This document shows, one piece after another, positions 63,951-64,000 of a stretch of DNA of 64,000 nt. Position 1 is the first letter of the stretch, and every line of letters starts with the position of its first letter. The notes under the pieces are model-generated. The model did no database searches and was not told the origin of the DNA. It was given only the letters and a program-made list of their open reading frames with translations. The position numbers and the translations under genes were made by a program. This DNA is from an uncultured Bacteroidales bacterium (GTDB lineage: Bacteria; Bacteroidota; Bacteroidia; Bacteroidales; F082), in contig CALBNP010000136.1 in assembly GCA_937896505.1 (NCBI GenBank), positions 11,338 to 75,337 on the forward strand, read 5' to 3'.

Positions 63951-64000
63951 CTGCTTTATGTCGAATGGGTATTAAAATATCGTAGATAAACAAATAATTC

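Overview
The window looks like a Bacteroidota (Bacteroidales-like) chromosomal segment. Support comes from recurrent TAnnTTTG -7 promoter boxes 20-55 nt upstream of start codons, a T9SS C-terminal sorting domain, lipoprotein signal peptides and very short leaders. No rRNA, tRNA, CRISPR array, transposase or integrase was seen.

The left 14.4 kb is a defence island. It reads, in order:
- the 3' end of a WYL-type regulator gene;
- an unusual two-gene module with its own promoter: a 1005-aa protein (HsdS-like TRD, N6A-methyltransferase-like domain with degenerate catalytic motifs, second TRD, H-box and HATPase_c histidine kinase), followed by a REC-like response regulator with an unassignable output domain;
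- a complete Type I R-M locus, hsdM - YhcG/DUF1016 nuclease - hsdS - RloC-like anticodon nuclease - hsdR.

The island ends in two phased tandem-repeat arrays (4 x 32 bp, then 3 x 33 bp) and a probable AAA_14 ATPase gene fragment.

The remaining ~49 kb is housekeeping and envelope genes: rpsA, an NtrC-type regulator convergent with a hybrid kinase gene, galM, an ABC-F ATPase, a T9SS cargo protein, MscS, SUI1, a lipid kinase, an LtaS-like protein, an M23 peptidase, prolyl oligopeptidase, a ParE-like topoisomerase subunit, folA, thyA, nupG, hppA and a PPTase.

Non-coding structures in that part worth a second look:
- two long rod-like imperfect palindromes (21151-21357 and 51169-51358);
- inverted copies of a ~130-210 bp repeat element bracketing a 10-kb segment;
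- a short ATGTCATWCCGA motif that sits in hairpins;
- related heptanucleotide arrays around thyA/folA/nupG, one apparently running into a coding region;
- a 9-bp ATGTAAGGG array at the parE stop.

All calls come from reading the ORF translations and the DNA by eye. No database search was run.
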